Below are positions 30,485 through 42,900 of a stretch of 64,000 nt of DNA, one piece after another (the stretch's first letter is position 1; each line of letters begins with the position of its first letter). The notes beneath the pieces were generated by a model, which made no database searches, was not told the DNA's origin, and was given only the letters and a program-made list of their open reading frames with translations. The DNA is from Epithemia pelagica (taxonomy: Eukaryota; Protista; Bacillariophyta), in assembly GCA_946965045.2 (NCBI GenBank), contig OX337233.1:2480001-2544000 (forward strand), read 5' to 3'. A program made the position numbers and the translations under genes.

Positions 30485-33400
30485 ATGAGTGGCAGTCGTA
30501 TAGAGGAGAAGACAACAGGGTTGGCCCGCATCCAACCCATTGACGAATCGTCGCGACGACGAATCGTGGCTGGACAAGCCGTCTTTGACTTGGCGAGTGC
30601 TGTCAAGGAATTGGTCGACAATTCGTTGGATGCCAACAGTCAATCCATCAACAGTACGTACCATCGGTGGGGGACAGCGAGCACGTGTGTGTCTGTGTTT
30701 TGGCGCACCTCCGGAGCCGCATGGTTCTTTGGATTGGAGGCTCATTTTTTGTCGTGTTGTGGTTCTCTTTCTTGTTGTTCATGTTCACTTTGGTGTGTTT
30801 GATCAGTTCGATTGTTTAATCAAGGATTGGATATTGTGGAAGTTTCGGACGACGGATGTGGTGTTCCAGTGGACTCGCGGCACTTGTTGGCCACCCCGCA
30901 TGCCACGAGCAAAATTCAATCCTTTGACGACATTTATTCTTCCACTACGAGTAACACTACGCTGGGCTTTCGTGGCGAAGCCCTCTTTTGTTTGGCCAAT
31001 TTGAGTGGCAACTTGGTCGTGGCGACTCGGACGGCCGACGAAGCCGTGGCGCAAAAACTGGAATATCGCCGCGATGGATCACTCCGGGTCGATTCCGTGA
31101 CGCGAGTGCCCAAAAAGGTGGGAACGACCGTGGCCGTGGTTCGATTGTTGGAGGCGGTTCCGGTACGACGAGCCGACTTGAAACGACGGATTGGAGAACA
31201 ACGACGCAAATTGGTCAAACTCATTTCCGGATATGCCATTTTGGCACCAGCCGTGCGATTTCAACTCATTGACATTACTACAGCAAACAACAAGGGTCGA
31301 AAATCACAATCCTCTGCAGCAGCACCGCGAGAACATGTCTTGCTCGCCACGCCTGGTCAAGGACCGCAGAAATTGCCCGAAGCCATTTCGGCTGTCTTTG
31401 GGTCGGCCTTTTGGAACAGTTTGACAGAGTTTCACCTGGATCTCACGAAGTTGATTGCCGATGCACCAAAAACTAGTACGGATTCCCAACAGAACGACAA
31501 CCACAATTCAAAAGAACCGCAACACTCCACCCCATCAGCATCCTCTCCATCAGCATCTTCTTTGGCTGCCGCAACCCCCTTGGAATCTCCCAAATGGCAG
31601 GTACGGGGATACATTTCCAAATGTCCTTCTTCTTCGTCGTTCACCAACCACCCCTCGTCGGCATTGTCGTCGAACGAACGACGGTTTCGCGACGAACAAT
31701 TGTATTCCATCAACCAACGACCGGTCGACATGCCTCGCGTGACGCGCATGTTGATGACTGTCTGGAAGAGTCTCCAGACTCCGAGCACAGCGCAGCGACG
31801 GAGTCATCCTTCGTGCATATTGGAATTTACCTTACCCAACCATGCCTACGATGTCAATGTATCACCCGACAAGCGCGAAGTCATTTTGCCGCAAGAATCC
31901 CAATTGTTGGATCTGTTACAACATCATGTGCAACAAGTCTGGTCGGCCATGGATGGACACTTTGATTCGGCGCCTCGTCTCGTGGTCGTACCACCACCAC
32001 CCGCGCAGCTGTCCTCCTTGACTCATCCCGAAGACGATCCTGACGACGAGCAAGAAGAAGAAGAAGTGGATACACCCACCAAATTCAATCGTCGTTACGC
32101 CTTTTCGCACGATGTTCGAAAAATTCGACTGCAGCACGAGTACGACGATGGTCGCATTCGATCGTCCGAAGAGAAATGGGAACCACGAACCTCCTTGTCG
32201 TCGTCCGCCGAGTCGCATGAAGAAGACGATGCGGTACAAGTTCTCGTTTCGACCGAGACCAAGACCCCGGAGCATCGCAACGGCGGTGTTCCGCAAAAGG
32301 AGAAATCAGAAAATGAACAAGAACCCTGTGAAACGGATACCATGGACACCTCTGTACCGAAGCAGTCGCAGGCCGATGCTTCGGCAACAAAACCAACAAA
32401 AACTTGCGCTCAAGTCACACCAATCAGTGCGGAGCGAGTCCCCATTTCTGTGGAAGATCAAAAACTCGCCCAGACACCCTTGTTACCCGAAAAGCGCAAA
32501 TTGCGAGCCACTACTAGCAACCCCCATGAGTTATCTCCGACCCAAGAGGATCGATTGTGGAGAGCAGCCAAACGACGCTTTCATGACTCGTCTCGAGTAG
32601 AAGCGCAATTGGCGACCCACGAGTCGTTTGCACAATTCCGAGCAACCACCGGTGGACCACGATCCAAACCCCAACGACCGACTCCTCATTCTCAAAACAA
32701 GCTTGAACAATTTGGCTTTTCTGCCACATCCAACCAGCGGAAGGAAAAGGACCGTTGCGTCAACGATGACAGACTGTCCCACCGTGAGACGAATGCGACA
32801 GACGGTGGCCCTTCCTGCAAACGAGTATCCTTTGATTCGGCACCCACCTTGGACAGCGAGGGACCCACCGATGACACCACAACAACGCGACCTGGGCCAC
32901 ATGCGGACCATATTGTAACAGTCGAAGAACGGAAGCCGATTCCTCATTTCGAGCAAGGCAACCATAACACAGTAGTTTCGAGCCAAGAAGGGGAGCCCTC
33001 AGTATCTTCGGTCCAAGATCCGAATCAGCGCTGCGAACCAAACGGAAACGAGCCAGTTGCACCGGCCCGGAGAGACAGTATCTCACGTGACTCTGTCGTG
33101 TGGGAAAGTTTCTACAACACAAGCACGGTTTTGGAAGCTGCCAGGAAAGAAAGGATCGCTATGCTGGATCGAAGAATAAGCTTGCAGAGCGACGACGAGG
33201 TAGGACGGAATAATGTTGAACCTGGAGAAGGCGAAGACGGGAGCAAGATATCATTACAGCAAGGAGACTTTGGTACCATGGTTGTGATTGGACAGTTTAA
33301 CATGGGATTCATCTTGGCCAAGAGCGCTGAAAATCATTTGTGGATCATGGACCAACACGCTTGCGATGAGGTGTACAATTTTGAGAAACTGGTCGCTGAA

Positions 33401-34105
33401 ACAGTGATTCATGAACAGCCGTTGATGGCGCCTTCGCCCTTGGAGCTTTCGGTGGAGGAGGAAAGTTGTGTTCTAGACAACATGGACATTTTTGAAAAGA
33501 ACGGATTCCGTTTTCAGTATCAAGCCGACAAACCTCCACGATTTCGCCTATCTTTAACTGCAATTCCTCACAGTGGAGCTCGAGATGGCCGAAAGGCTGT
33601 TCAGTTTGGCAGGGACGACGTAGCTGCATTATGTGCCATTCTCGGTGCTGATGATACCGGTACATCATCATTCGATACTGCAGCTGGGGGTGGGACAGGT
33701 ACCGACGGTAGTGGAATGTACGGCAACAATGCCGTACGCCGCTACGCGAGCCAACGATCGGACAAGAACATAAAGGGTGACGATGCAGACCGAGTGATTG
33801 CACGACTTCCGAAAGCCATTGCAATGTTTGCAAGCCGAGCATGTCGTGGAAGTATCATGATTGGGAAAGCACTTTCCTCTGGGGAGATGGATAGAGTGGT
33901 GAAACACTTGGGCGAAATTGAACAACCCTGGAATTGTCCACATGGAAGACCGACTATGAGGCATGCGGCAGATTTGAGACTTCTCATGTCCGAGGACGAA
34001 CGACACGTCGCCGCAAGACTTGCTGGATCTACAGTGACTATCATGTCTCAGGAAATGGAATCACAAGAGGATCAGGTGGGTTTGACACAAGATATGCCCA
34101 CATAG
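30485..34105 (+). CDS. PMS2: Mismatch-repair endonuclease PMS2 (MutL family); join(30485..30653,30807..34105)
   Basis: VKELVDNSLDA, DDGCG, ATSKI, GFRGEAL (GHKL ATPase). DQHACDEVYNFE, ACRGSIMIG and CPHGRPT (endonuclease/Zn). Intron GTACGT...ATCAG. Confidence 0.95.
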
Positions 34106-34400
34106 TCTTACTTAATCCCTTCGCCTCTATTCAAGTCCCATGGTGTGAGGTCAGTTAGATTTAAAGCGTATGCTAATAAAGTGCTCTTATGGTTCTAGAG
34201 AGAATCACATCTTGTTCAAAGAGTGGCATAGAGCTACCGTCCAGGTGATCAAAGCGTCGAAGCGACCGTGGTCGAGGAAAAACGATTCGCACCTCTTCAT
34301 CGGAGGTTAATGTTAATTGCCTGTCCCAACAAATTCCCCGTTCTTGAAAAATTACGATGTTCTTGTCGTCAGCAAATGCAAGTAATGTTTACCATCTTGA

Positions 34401-35424
34401 TTAGACAGGTCCATCTCCGAAACTACTCTGAGTCATTTCGGCTGTACTGGCTGTGGATGAAGCATCCGGAGCAGTTCCGACGGTCGCCAGAAGCTGACTG
34501 AGCCACTTTTGAACGGTAGGGTCATTCTGTAGATGAGGCTCAAATGTACTGTCTCGAAGACTTTGTGGAAGGCACGTTTTCAAGGCACCCCGAGCCAAGG
34601 AATGATCGGCCAATCGCAAGTAACATCGGACAACATGCTTCAGCAGGCGCACAGAAGGATGAACTTGCAGCAACTGTACCATATTGGCCAGTACAGTGGA
34701 AACGGCATAGAATCGCTCTGCTGTGGCACAAACATAGTTTAAACCAGTTTCCTCGAGCAAAATCTTTTGCACAATAAAGGTTGCCACAGTTTTGGACAGT
34801 TCACTGCCAGTCTCCATAATACGTAGACATAGAGGAATGATTTCGGTGGACAAGAGGAATGAGATCACTTCCGCGTCATCAACCTTGACTAAGGCACCAA
34901 TGACACCCAGTGATGTCAAACGAAGGTACTCAAAAGGTCGCGACTTCGATTGCGTATTCAGAAATGGATACAAGTAGAGGGGGATTTGGGCATTGAGGAA
35001 GGGTTGTCGAGTGTCGACATGCGATGCCACACACTGCAAGAGGGCCAGAGCATTGCACACACGGTTCGACGCATGAGCCGTCAAAGTGGGAGGTGTTAAG
35101 AGAGGATAGATTGATACTATCTCTTGAAGCAAAGCGGCAACAGTCCCCACAGAGTGCCATAAGATGGGTGCCAAATCGGGGAATGACTCACGTTTCTTGG
35201 ACAGCTCCAAAAGGACGCCCTCGCGCTATTACATGAAGAGAGAAAATGATCAAACAGAGCAATTGAGTGAGGAATGCCTGATGTTTGGCATTGGGAATTG
35301 GGAGAGACATCGATTTGAAAAATAAAACATCGCTCTGTGGAGGTTTTCTTCAACGACGGAACGGAAATCTACATACCTGCTCTGGCTTGGTAAGCTGGAG
35401 AACAAGTGGCAATAGCTCATCCAT
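34401..35424 (-). CDS. CNOT9: CCR4-NOT subunit 9 (RCD1/CAF40); join(35424..35377,35225..34401)
   Basis: [62 protein letters not shown]. Intron GTATGT...AATAG in phase 0. Confidence 0.96.
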
Positions 35425-35520
35425 GATTTATGGTTGCAATCACCCACTTGTTACGGAGTTACGGAAGAGAGGAGCGCTTTGATCCACAGGATGTTCTCCG
35501 TTGTTGGCTCCGTTATTATC

Positions 35521-36357
35521 AGGGTTGGTCTTAACACGCGTGAAATTTCACACATTTCACACTTTCTGCCTACGTGGTCTGACGTTGCTGTGAAATTTGA
35601 TGAAATTCACAAATCTGCTCTCCAGGGCTCTTTTCACATCGAACAATATTTCACACAGAGGTCTATGGGTTCTAGGAGAGAGAAAGTTTGGGATTCTCTA
35701 GACTATGCCGAACACCGACCATCGAAATCCGAAATGCTCGTACGATTCCAAACAACAAGCAAACACAATCGTCCACCATGACGGACCCTCCTCCTGCACC
35801 TTTCCAAAATGATGGGCCTCAGAGGACCAAAGGACCAAAGGACCAACAGAGTGAAAAAACAACAAAGAGGAACGAGGAAGAGACACCTTTAGGAATTCCA
35901 CACTTCAACCTTCACCTCCCACAACAACGACCACGACAGTCTTTCCGCCCTCCTATGCACAGGATGGCAACTTCACCCATGCCACAGCAGTTCCCCAGCA
36001 CTTGATCTACACTACAAATCTCTATTGACATACATTAACAATTCTATTGTAGCTTCTTTTGTGCAGAGAAAAATCCCTTGAGTAGTCATACTAGTTCGTC
36101 CTTTCCTAGAAGGAAGAAGGAGATATTAGTCCTACAATGATGGACAAAAAGGTTCCCTTGTCCCTGCATCTTGATTCATGAAAATGGTTTTGCTACGGCA
36201 GTGGCACCGTTGTACTTGTATGGGGAGTGGTGGGAGGGTCGGTGTGAAAACATTTCACATCGTTTAGACCCTAGGATTTCACGTCTAAAAACTGTGACAA
36301 ACCAAAGGTGTTTTAGTGTGAAACATGTGAAATTTCACGCTCGTTAAGACCAGCCCT
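35521..36357. mobile_element. Non-autonomous TIR element (MITE, hAT-like AGGG termini), 837 bp
   Basis: 43-bp imperfect TIRs: AGGGTTGGTCTTAACACGCGTGAAATTTCACACATTTCACACT (35521-35563) vs 36315-36357. Many subterminal GTGAAA/TTTCAC motifs. No TSD recognised. Confidence 0.8.
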
Positions 36358-36564
36358 CAGAAGAATGATTGTTGTTGGTGCATGTATGAGTATGACCCCT
36401 TCCACAATCTGGGGGTGCAAGTTTTTCCCGAATAAAGGGTGGGCTTTCATTCTTTGAGGATCTTTGTGGCACGTGTCTTTCACCTTTCACCCCCTTATTT
36501 TACGACCGTCTCAAATTATTGCTGCTTCAGGATTCAGATGCCGTTTTGATTTTTTATCTTGACC

Positions 36565-37236
36565 ATGAGCAGCCTCCACGCAACCAGCAGTGCGAAAGCA
36601 ATAACTCCTGCAAAGGCTGGGAAATCCGTAGTGTTGGATTCTCTTCCATACATTGATGACACATACGAAGAATATGACCAATATGCGGCCTCCCTCATTG
36701 AAGAGGAAATGAAATCCAGTAAACCGCCAGCGGTGGCGTTCAAGAAGAGTCCGTTCAAATATGCCACTCCTCTTTTGGAACATGAATATGAAAAGGTTTC
36801 CAACGAGAGCCAGAATACTGGAAAACCTAGCTACAATGTAAAATTGGAAGCTCCGTCCTCCACGGCGTCCGTCGAAGAATTGGAAGAAGCGGTACGCACG
36901 GCCAAAATCGAATATGAAAAGGAACGCATACGAGGCCTTATGTTGGAGATTGAAAAAGAGGGCGTGACTGCCGAACAATGGAAGAAATACAATGGAGTGC
37001 TTGATGACGCGTTGCAAAATGGAATCGATCCCTTGCTACAGACACAGCGGGAGCAGGTCGATCAAGTGAACCTCAAACGACAGGAGCATCAAGAACGTGT
37101 CGGAAATCGGCTTTCAGTACTTGGTTCACAGTATCAACAACTTGTGGAAAAAGTATATTTGCTGAAACGGGCAATTGCTGCCATACAAGGTGAAATCGAT
37201 GTCATGGACTGCAAACGTCAAAAGATTGACGAATGA
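36565..37236 (+). CDS. BCAS2: Pre-mRNA splicing factor SPF27/BCAS2
   Basis: LDSLPYIDD...AASLIEEEM, followed by a long coiled coil with WKKYN..L and VN..R...Q. Confidence 0.85.
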   Translation: MSSLHATSSAKAITPAKAGKSVVLDSLPYIDDTYEEYDQYAASLIEEEMKSSKPPAVAFKKSPFKYATPLLEHEYEKVSNESQNTGKPSYNVKLEAPSSTASVEELEEAVRTAKIEYEKERIRGLMLEIEKEGVTAEQWKKYNGVLDDALQNGIDPLLQTQREQVDQVNLKRQEHQERVGNRLSVLGSQYQQLVEKVYLLKRAIAAIQGEIDVMDCKRQKIDE

Positions 37237-37711
37237 GAGTTCCGCAAAGGACTTGCGGTTTCATGCTTGCAAGGTCGGTAATTTCATGGTTAGAATAGGT
37301 CCACAGCAAGACACTTTTGAATCCACAGGATTGGGCGGCACCGCAGCTTTTGAAAGATCAGCGATCTCGATTGAAGTTCACTGTCAGAAGCGGTTCCAAA
37401 AAATTCATGACTTCTTCCCGATTCCAAATCATCGACGGTTGATACAGCATCAATGGCGCATGTGCAGTTGTCGTGCGTGGTTCTTGGCAGAGCTTGTTGA
37501 CTAACGAACGTACGTTCCAGTTGCCATGTCAGTTCGGTCATAGTTTACATTGAGGCCAGCTAAGGCAGAGTACGGCTTCGGATTACAGTTACATTAAACA
37601 TTCTGCTGGCTACATAATTTTCTTCGTATTTCACAAACAACACATGGCATACGGACATGGACTGTCACAATTCACAATAGCTACAACGTCAAATTTCAGA
37701 GTTGTCCCGCT

Positions 37712-38827
37712 TCAAGCGAGACAACCATTCGATCGACGCAAATCGTATTGCGTTTCCATACTTCCGCTACGAACCAGGTTCTTCACGGGTTGCGTCACCC
37801 TTCCAAGCACGTACAACATTTCGCGCTTGACTGGATTGCGGCATTTCGTTCTCGTAAAGGCAGAATTTTCTTCCGTAGGTTCCAGTTTGTTCACCCTGGA
37901 ACTGGAACGAGACGACAAGAGAGGCGGTCGCAGTAATCGGGAACCACGGTGGGAACGGGTACCCCCTGCTTTTGAAGGTGTGGCTCCGTCCTGCGAAGGA
38001 GAACGAGAGGACGACGCGGTAGTTGGTTCAGTGAGGAAACTAGACTGTCCCACCAAACTTCCAATGGAAAGGGAGTGCGAAGGAACTCGGTGATGCTTGC
38101 GGCGTGGTCGGTTACCCAGCAATGCGTCCGTGACAGAGTTGTGATTGTCTTTCTGACATGAGTTGGACGATGAAGTGGAGTTGGAGGAGTCTCGAAAGAG
38201 AGAGACAGAGCCTGGACTGGTCCCAAGTCTGGCCGAGGCTGAGACTCCGCGACCTACCACAGAAGGACGAGGAATATTGTGCTTCCGGACGAGCAAGCTT
38301 CCTCGCGCACCTTGTCCTCCTTGTGCTTCCAGGGAAGGTGGAAGTACTGGAGTATGTGGTTCTGTTTCAAGCCACTCAGGCACTATGCGAGAGGCACATA
38401 TCAATGGAATGACGATCAACTTAGGGACAGGTGGGTCAACAACGGCATCATTTTTTCGGACAGGATCTTGTTTTGGTATCGGTGCGTAGCGACGTGCAGA
38501 ATCACAAGAAACAGATGATACGACAGAGACGGAGGCACCTGCTTCCTTCTTGTTTTCGGCCTGAATGTTCCTCTCGACACGAACCACGCTACTGCTCTCC
38601 CCCTTGGAATCTTCACGGAAAGGGTTTTCTTGTGTCATGGTGAGAAACTTGGGGATATCTTCTTCTTGGCTCATAGAAGCAGATGAACGGCAACGTTCTG
38701 CGACAGCTTGTGATTTTGGTGACATGATGTGTTGTGGTTGCACGGGAGGTGGTGATGGGCTGCTGCTACTGTGTGCATAGGACGTGGCTTCACCATCGGC
38801 GGTTCTTTTGTTGGAGCAAGAACACAT
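37712..38827 (-). CDS. Hypothetical Ser/Pro-rich, low-complexity protein
   Basis: Long ORF (403 codons) with no competing long ORF; no domain recognised; start uncertain. Confidence 0.55.
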   Translation of the reverse strand: MCSCSNKRTADGEATSYAHSSSSPSPPPVQPQHIMSPKSQAVAERCRSSASMSQEEDIPKFLTMTQENPFREDSKGESSSVVRVERNIQAENKKEAGASVSVVSSVSCDSARRYAPIPKQDPVRKNDAVVDPPVPKLIVIPLICASRIVPEWLETEPHTPVLPPSLEAQGGQGARGSLLVRKHNIPRPSVVGRGVSASARLGTSPGSVSLFRDSSNSTSSSNSCQKDNHNSVTDALLGNRPRRKHHRVPSHSLSIGSLVGQSSFLTEPTTASSSRSPSQDGATPSKAGGTRSHRGSRLLRPPLLSSRSSSRVNKLEPTEENSAFTRTKCRNPVKREMLYVLGRVTQPVKNLVRSGSMETQYDLRRSNGCLA

Positions 38828-39296
38828 GCCGTTGCCGTCATTCGGAGTGCGCAAGAATGAATGTGTACCTCGTTTTCGATCAGTTGAAAAGATGGGAGTA
38901 TTCGTTTTTAGCTGTCGATTCAAAACCCAAGAGTTGAGAATTTCTCGCTTGGCAACAATACATGAACCTCACAGTTTTGACACTTTTTTGCATGCGCCCG
39001 GAGAAGCCTGGAAAAATGTGTTCGGGACCAAACAAGACCAAGATGGTGCACCATGAATGTTCCCAAGACTCGGTGGGGTCGTCTCACGATATCCAATGCA
39101 AAATGTGAGATCATGAAATCGTATCCCCCCTTCATGTGACGTCATGATCTGAGTCTTGGAAAATGCCTCACACCCAGACTTGGTTGGCGACTGCTGACGG
39201 ATGCGGGAATTCCAATTACCCGACAACTGTCCGACTCTATTTGGCGAGCTCCACGCGGCGGAGTCAATTACTATGGCTTTATGTTGGTAGGGAAGG

Positions 39297-39838
39297 TACA
39301 AGCTGAGTTCAGACAGAATGTTCCTGTCGTAGCGCTCCAGTAGGAAATCTACGTAATACGCGCCAGCCATCTTTGTTAATATAGCCCTTATAATTATGCC
39401 TCTGTTGTGCAAAGTGCTTCCGAAACTCGACAATCTCGCGTTCCCCCAGAAAAACTTCGTTTTGTACGAGACTATCGTGCGTGGGGTGCGTCCGATGATC
39501 ATGTTATTGTGGATGATGCTGATGCGTTGAACTGTTGCCCCATTGGTGATGGTCCAACAACACCCTAAGGGAGCTGGATGCAGCTCGGCAACAGTTCAAC
39601 AGGTCGGGACGGCCCTCCACCATGGTCAACACACTCGACTTTTTTTCGTAATTTTTGACGAAATCCTAGCGTTCGGAAGAAATCACACATAACACTAAAG
39701 TTAATAAAATATTTATTTCAGCCACTAGGAAGTCGCTAGTCAGACACTAATAACGCAGAACGCTTTCCAGGATTACTCCTCTGGTACAAATTCTACAGGA
39801 GTCTACGACAGGAACACACTCCCTGAACTCAGCTTGTA
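39297..39838. mobile_element. Tc1/mariner-type MITE (39299-39836) with TA TSD
   Basis: TA|CAAGCTGAGTTCAG...TGTTCCTGTCGTAG mirrored by CTACGACAGGAACA...CTGAACTCAGCTTG|TA; two perfect 14-bp blocks within a ~45-bp TIR. Confidence 0.78.
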
Positions 39839-40114
39839 TACAAATGTCTGAAGGGCAGTATTACTGGTCGTGGACAATACATGGGCGAGAAGATTATATA
39901 GGGATATCAAAGAGTGAGTCGGCCCAATATTGGCATTTATGACCGTAATTATCCCAATGGTCTTTCCGTCATCTGCCCCGTAGAAAGCCCCGAGGCGTTC
40001 TGCTTCGGCGAGGGGACAGCAAGACGATCGTCACCCACAACCCACAACAACCACCACCGATTACACAGTGGAACAAAAAATAATCGAAACTAGGTAGCTG
40101 TGGGAAGAAACAGA

Positions 40115-40969
40115 ATGGCGGAGGACTTGAAAAAGAAATATGGCCACCTTCCGTTGGTTCCCGAGGTGACTCTGAAGAAGCGCCACGATCTGGATGCGCT
40201 TGTACGGAAACGAGCCGCTACGAACGAAGCAAATGGGGGCCGTCCGCGTCGTCTTCCGAAAGGAAAGAAAGCTGTGTACGTGATCAAGCCGGAAACACTC
40301 ATCAGCCGTGCACGATCTCGAAGGAACCACGAGATTCGATTCAATAGAGTGATGAAGAAAGGGATGCAGAAACGCGCTTCGAATAAGCCTGTCATGGCCA
40401 CGAGAGAAATTGTCGATCCAAACGATGCGTCAAACACCATTACCTTCCAATACCAATCCAATTCGGTCGGTACAAAACACGGTGTCTTTGTTATACGTGT
40501 GCGAGATAACCACGGGATGCCTCAATCAACTCGTAATGTTCTTAAAGAGTTAAGACTCAACAGAAAACATGACGCTGTGTTTGTCAAATACGATGAATCT
40601 ATGCGAAAGAAGCTTCATGTTGTTGAACCTTGGATAATCTATGGGATACCGTCAAAAGCCGTCGTGACAGATTTGATTTCACGCAGGGGTTTTGGAACTT
40701 CTGATGAGAAGGAGCGAATTCCCTTGGCGGATAATGTGACTGTGGAGAAGGCCTTGGGAGAGAAACATGGATTGATTTGTGTGGAAGATTTGATCCACGA
40801 AATTTACGAAGTTGGAGACGCCTTTGACGCTTCATCCCAGTTCCTGTGGCCATTTCGTCTTGCGGATTCCAAATCAGAATTTCAACGCAAAACATTGAGG
40901 CTCAAAGATGGAAAGGAATATGGCGATCAAGGAGAAGGCATTGACGAGTTCATCCAACAGGTTCTGTAG
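40115..40969 (+). CDS. uL30/RPL7-family protein (RPL7 or ribosome-biogenesis RLP7/RPL7L1-like)
   Basis: LVPEVTLKKR, VFVIRVR, VLKELRL, VEPWIIYG, PLADNVTVEKALG, ICVEDLIHEI, FLWPFRL. Confidence 0.88.
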   Translation: MAEDLKKKYGHLPLVPEVTLKKRHDLDALVRKRAATNEANGGRPRRLPKGKKAVYVIKPETLISRARSRRNHEIRFNRVMKKGMQKRASNKPVMATREIVDPNDASNTITFQYQSNSVGTKHGVFVIRVRDNHGMPQSTRNVLKELRLNRKHDAVFVKYDESMRKKLHVVEPWIIYGIPSKAVVTDLISRRGFGTSDEKERIPLADNVTVEKALGEKHGLICVEDLIHEIYEVGDAFDASSQFLWPFRLADSKSEFQRKTLRLKDGKEYGDQGEGIDEFIQQVL

Positions 40970-41340
40970 ACAGCTTTCATGTAACAGATGTAAACTAAAT
41001 AGTTTTCTTGACTCATAAGAAGTCTAAGCAGCGTTGATGCTTGATACTTCCAATCCCGTATGACTATTGAAAATTTTTGTGCTTACCATACGTGGCCGAG
41101 AATAGGCACTTTAAGCGAAGTCATTGACGAATCAAGGCGTCTTAATGCCGCGCTCATACTACATCTTGTTAGTGATCGAGTTTAAGTTTACGATTGACTT
41201 TAACGCATTTATTCCGCTTATGACAATATGTACGGAAATGATCCGACGTGTGACGATTTATATGAAATTCAACCTGTATTTGTATCAGCCTGTTCATCCC
41301 GTGTCTGATGACGCCCCAAGTTTTGTCGAAACTCGACATT

Positions 41341-42900
41341 CTACATTGATCCAGAAAGCTTGATACTGTCCAGATTTGGAGTTCGTCGGGATGACGGAGA
41401 TGGTTTCTTTCGATGTGACAATGTGAGTCCGCTGTGGGAACTCATCCGGAAGTTGGTGACTTTCAGACTCAAGTTTGAAGGTACAATTCTTTGATTTTGA
41501 CTCTTGTCGCTCGACGTTGCACTCAAGAGTTCATGTGGATGAGCACGGCTGCTTGCAAGCGCCATGTGACCAGACAATCCGGATCGGAAATTAATCGATT
41601 TTTGAACTTCTCGAGCTTGCCTTTCTCGCCAGGCAAGGGCACCCGCTCTGATCACATTGGGGACAGGCGAAGGAAGTCGACACGAGTTTGGAACCGGTAC
41701 GTTGGGTTCAATTGGAGTCAACGTTGAAGCAAACGTAGCTACAGCCGAGGGTTCCCTGGAAAATGTCCAGCTGGGTTTGTCTCCTTCTTTCTTCTCTGTG
41801 GGGCTCTCTTCTCCGTTTGAAAACTCAGCAGACTCTTCGTTTTCATCCGTGTGAAAGGCGGAGCGGCAGACTACTGTGAAGTCCTCATCGTTTTTCAGAG
41901 AATCTTGCAACTGATTCATGAGTTTGACGAATTGTGTATCATGCTCAGTTTGCTTTGTGCGAAGTCGTCTTCTCTCAGCAGACATTGTTTTCAGCATTGC
42001 CTCTAGAATGCATGCTCGGTCCAAGGCGTTCATCACTTTGACAATTTGATTCTTGTCCGCACGGACGAATCCGTATCCTCGAGCTAACTTAGCCCAACCC
42101 TGTTCAACGGAAACGACCTGAATTCGGTCTCCACATACCAAATGAGCCATTTCCGTATCATCACTCGCGCTGCTGGATCTTTCGATAGAATCTGGAGCGC
42201 CTTTTAGGCTATTTTGGTCTTGCTTCACCTTGTGAACCAATGAGTCCACGTCTTCATCCGTCATGACACTTGAAGATCGTGTCAAGGTAGGAGGACGTTT
42301 GGGGAAAATTTGCAGGCCTTCCTGTACCGCAACTGCATAGGTTCCAGCAATCCCAGCGGAAACAGAGGTAGCGAATTGCGCACGTTGATTCTCCTCTTCC
42401 TCGTCTGCTTCCAGCTTGGACATGACACCACCAGACGTGGCGTCAGTGGACGGCATGGTTTCAATTCCTGGGCATATTGGTTCTTCCAAAATTGATCGTC
42501 GATCACCAGAAGCTAACTGTGTTGCATCAATAAGAGATAGCAGTACTACATTCTTTGGCAAGGGTAAACGCTTCTTCATCGGTTTTTGGTCTCTCGGGCC
42601 TTTAGGTTGCGTTCGTGAATTGTACGAAGAAGCGGTTGTTGAACTGGATCTTGCGCTAGACCAGTACGGTCGAGCTGATATAGATGATGGAGGGGTAGGA
42701 GCAGCGTTGTTTGTTTCGGGAACAAAGGTCATGTAAAGAGGTTCACGGCATTCCATGCATTTGTCCAGGCGATCGCCGCAACGCTTGCACACATAGGTAT
42801 GTCCACAAGGAAGGACCACTGGATATCGAGTCCCCTCATTCTCAAACTCATCATAACATATCATACAATGAAACTGGAAGGCATGATCAGCTTTATTCAT
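41341..42900 (-). CDS. RING-finger protein with SH3-like domain (putative E3 ligase)
   Basis: CMIC...LPCGHTYVCKRC...CMEC. SH3-like GDRIQVVSVEQGWAKLARGYGFV followed by a coiled coil. Confidence 0.8.
   Translation of the reverse strand: MNKADHAFQFHCMICYDEFENEGTRYPVVLPCGHTYVCKRCGDRLDKCMECREPLYMTFVPETNNAAPTPPSSISARPYWSSARSSSTTASSYNSRTQPKGPRDQKPMKKRLPLPKNVVLLSLIDATQLASGDRRSILEEPICPGIETMPSTDATSGGVMSKLEADEEEENQRAQFATSVSAGIAGTYAVAVQEGLQIFPKRPPTLTRSSSVMTDEDVDSLVHKVKQDQNSLKGAPDSIERSSSASDDTEMAHLVCGDRIQVVSVEQGWAKLARGYGFVRADKNQIVKVMNALDRACILEAMLKTMSAERRRLRTKQTEHDTQFVKLMNQLQDSLKNDEDFTVVCRSAFHTDENEESAEFSNGEESPTEKKEGDKPSWTFSREPSAVATFASTLTPIEPNVPVPNSCRLPSPVPNVIRAGALAWRERQAREVQKSINFRSGLSGHMALASSRAHPHELLSATSSDKSQNQRIVPSNLSLKVTNFRMSSHSGLTLSHRKKPSPSSRRTPNLDSIKLSGSM

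Noticed and set aside
17424-34158. Numerous 60-200 aa ORFs overlapping the main genes on other frames or strands
   Set aside because: Shadow ORFs of long coding regions with low-complexity composition and no motifs.
38969-39502. 177-aa minus-strand ORF, and an apparent paralogous peptide YDRN.L.ELSLY at ~39800
   Set aside because: The ORF crosses the MITE boundary, and the peptide similarity is just the translated TIR.
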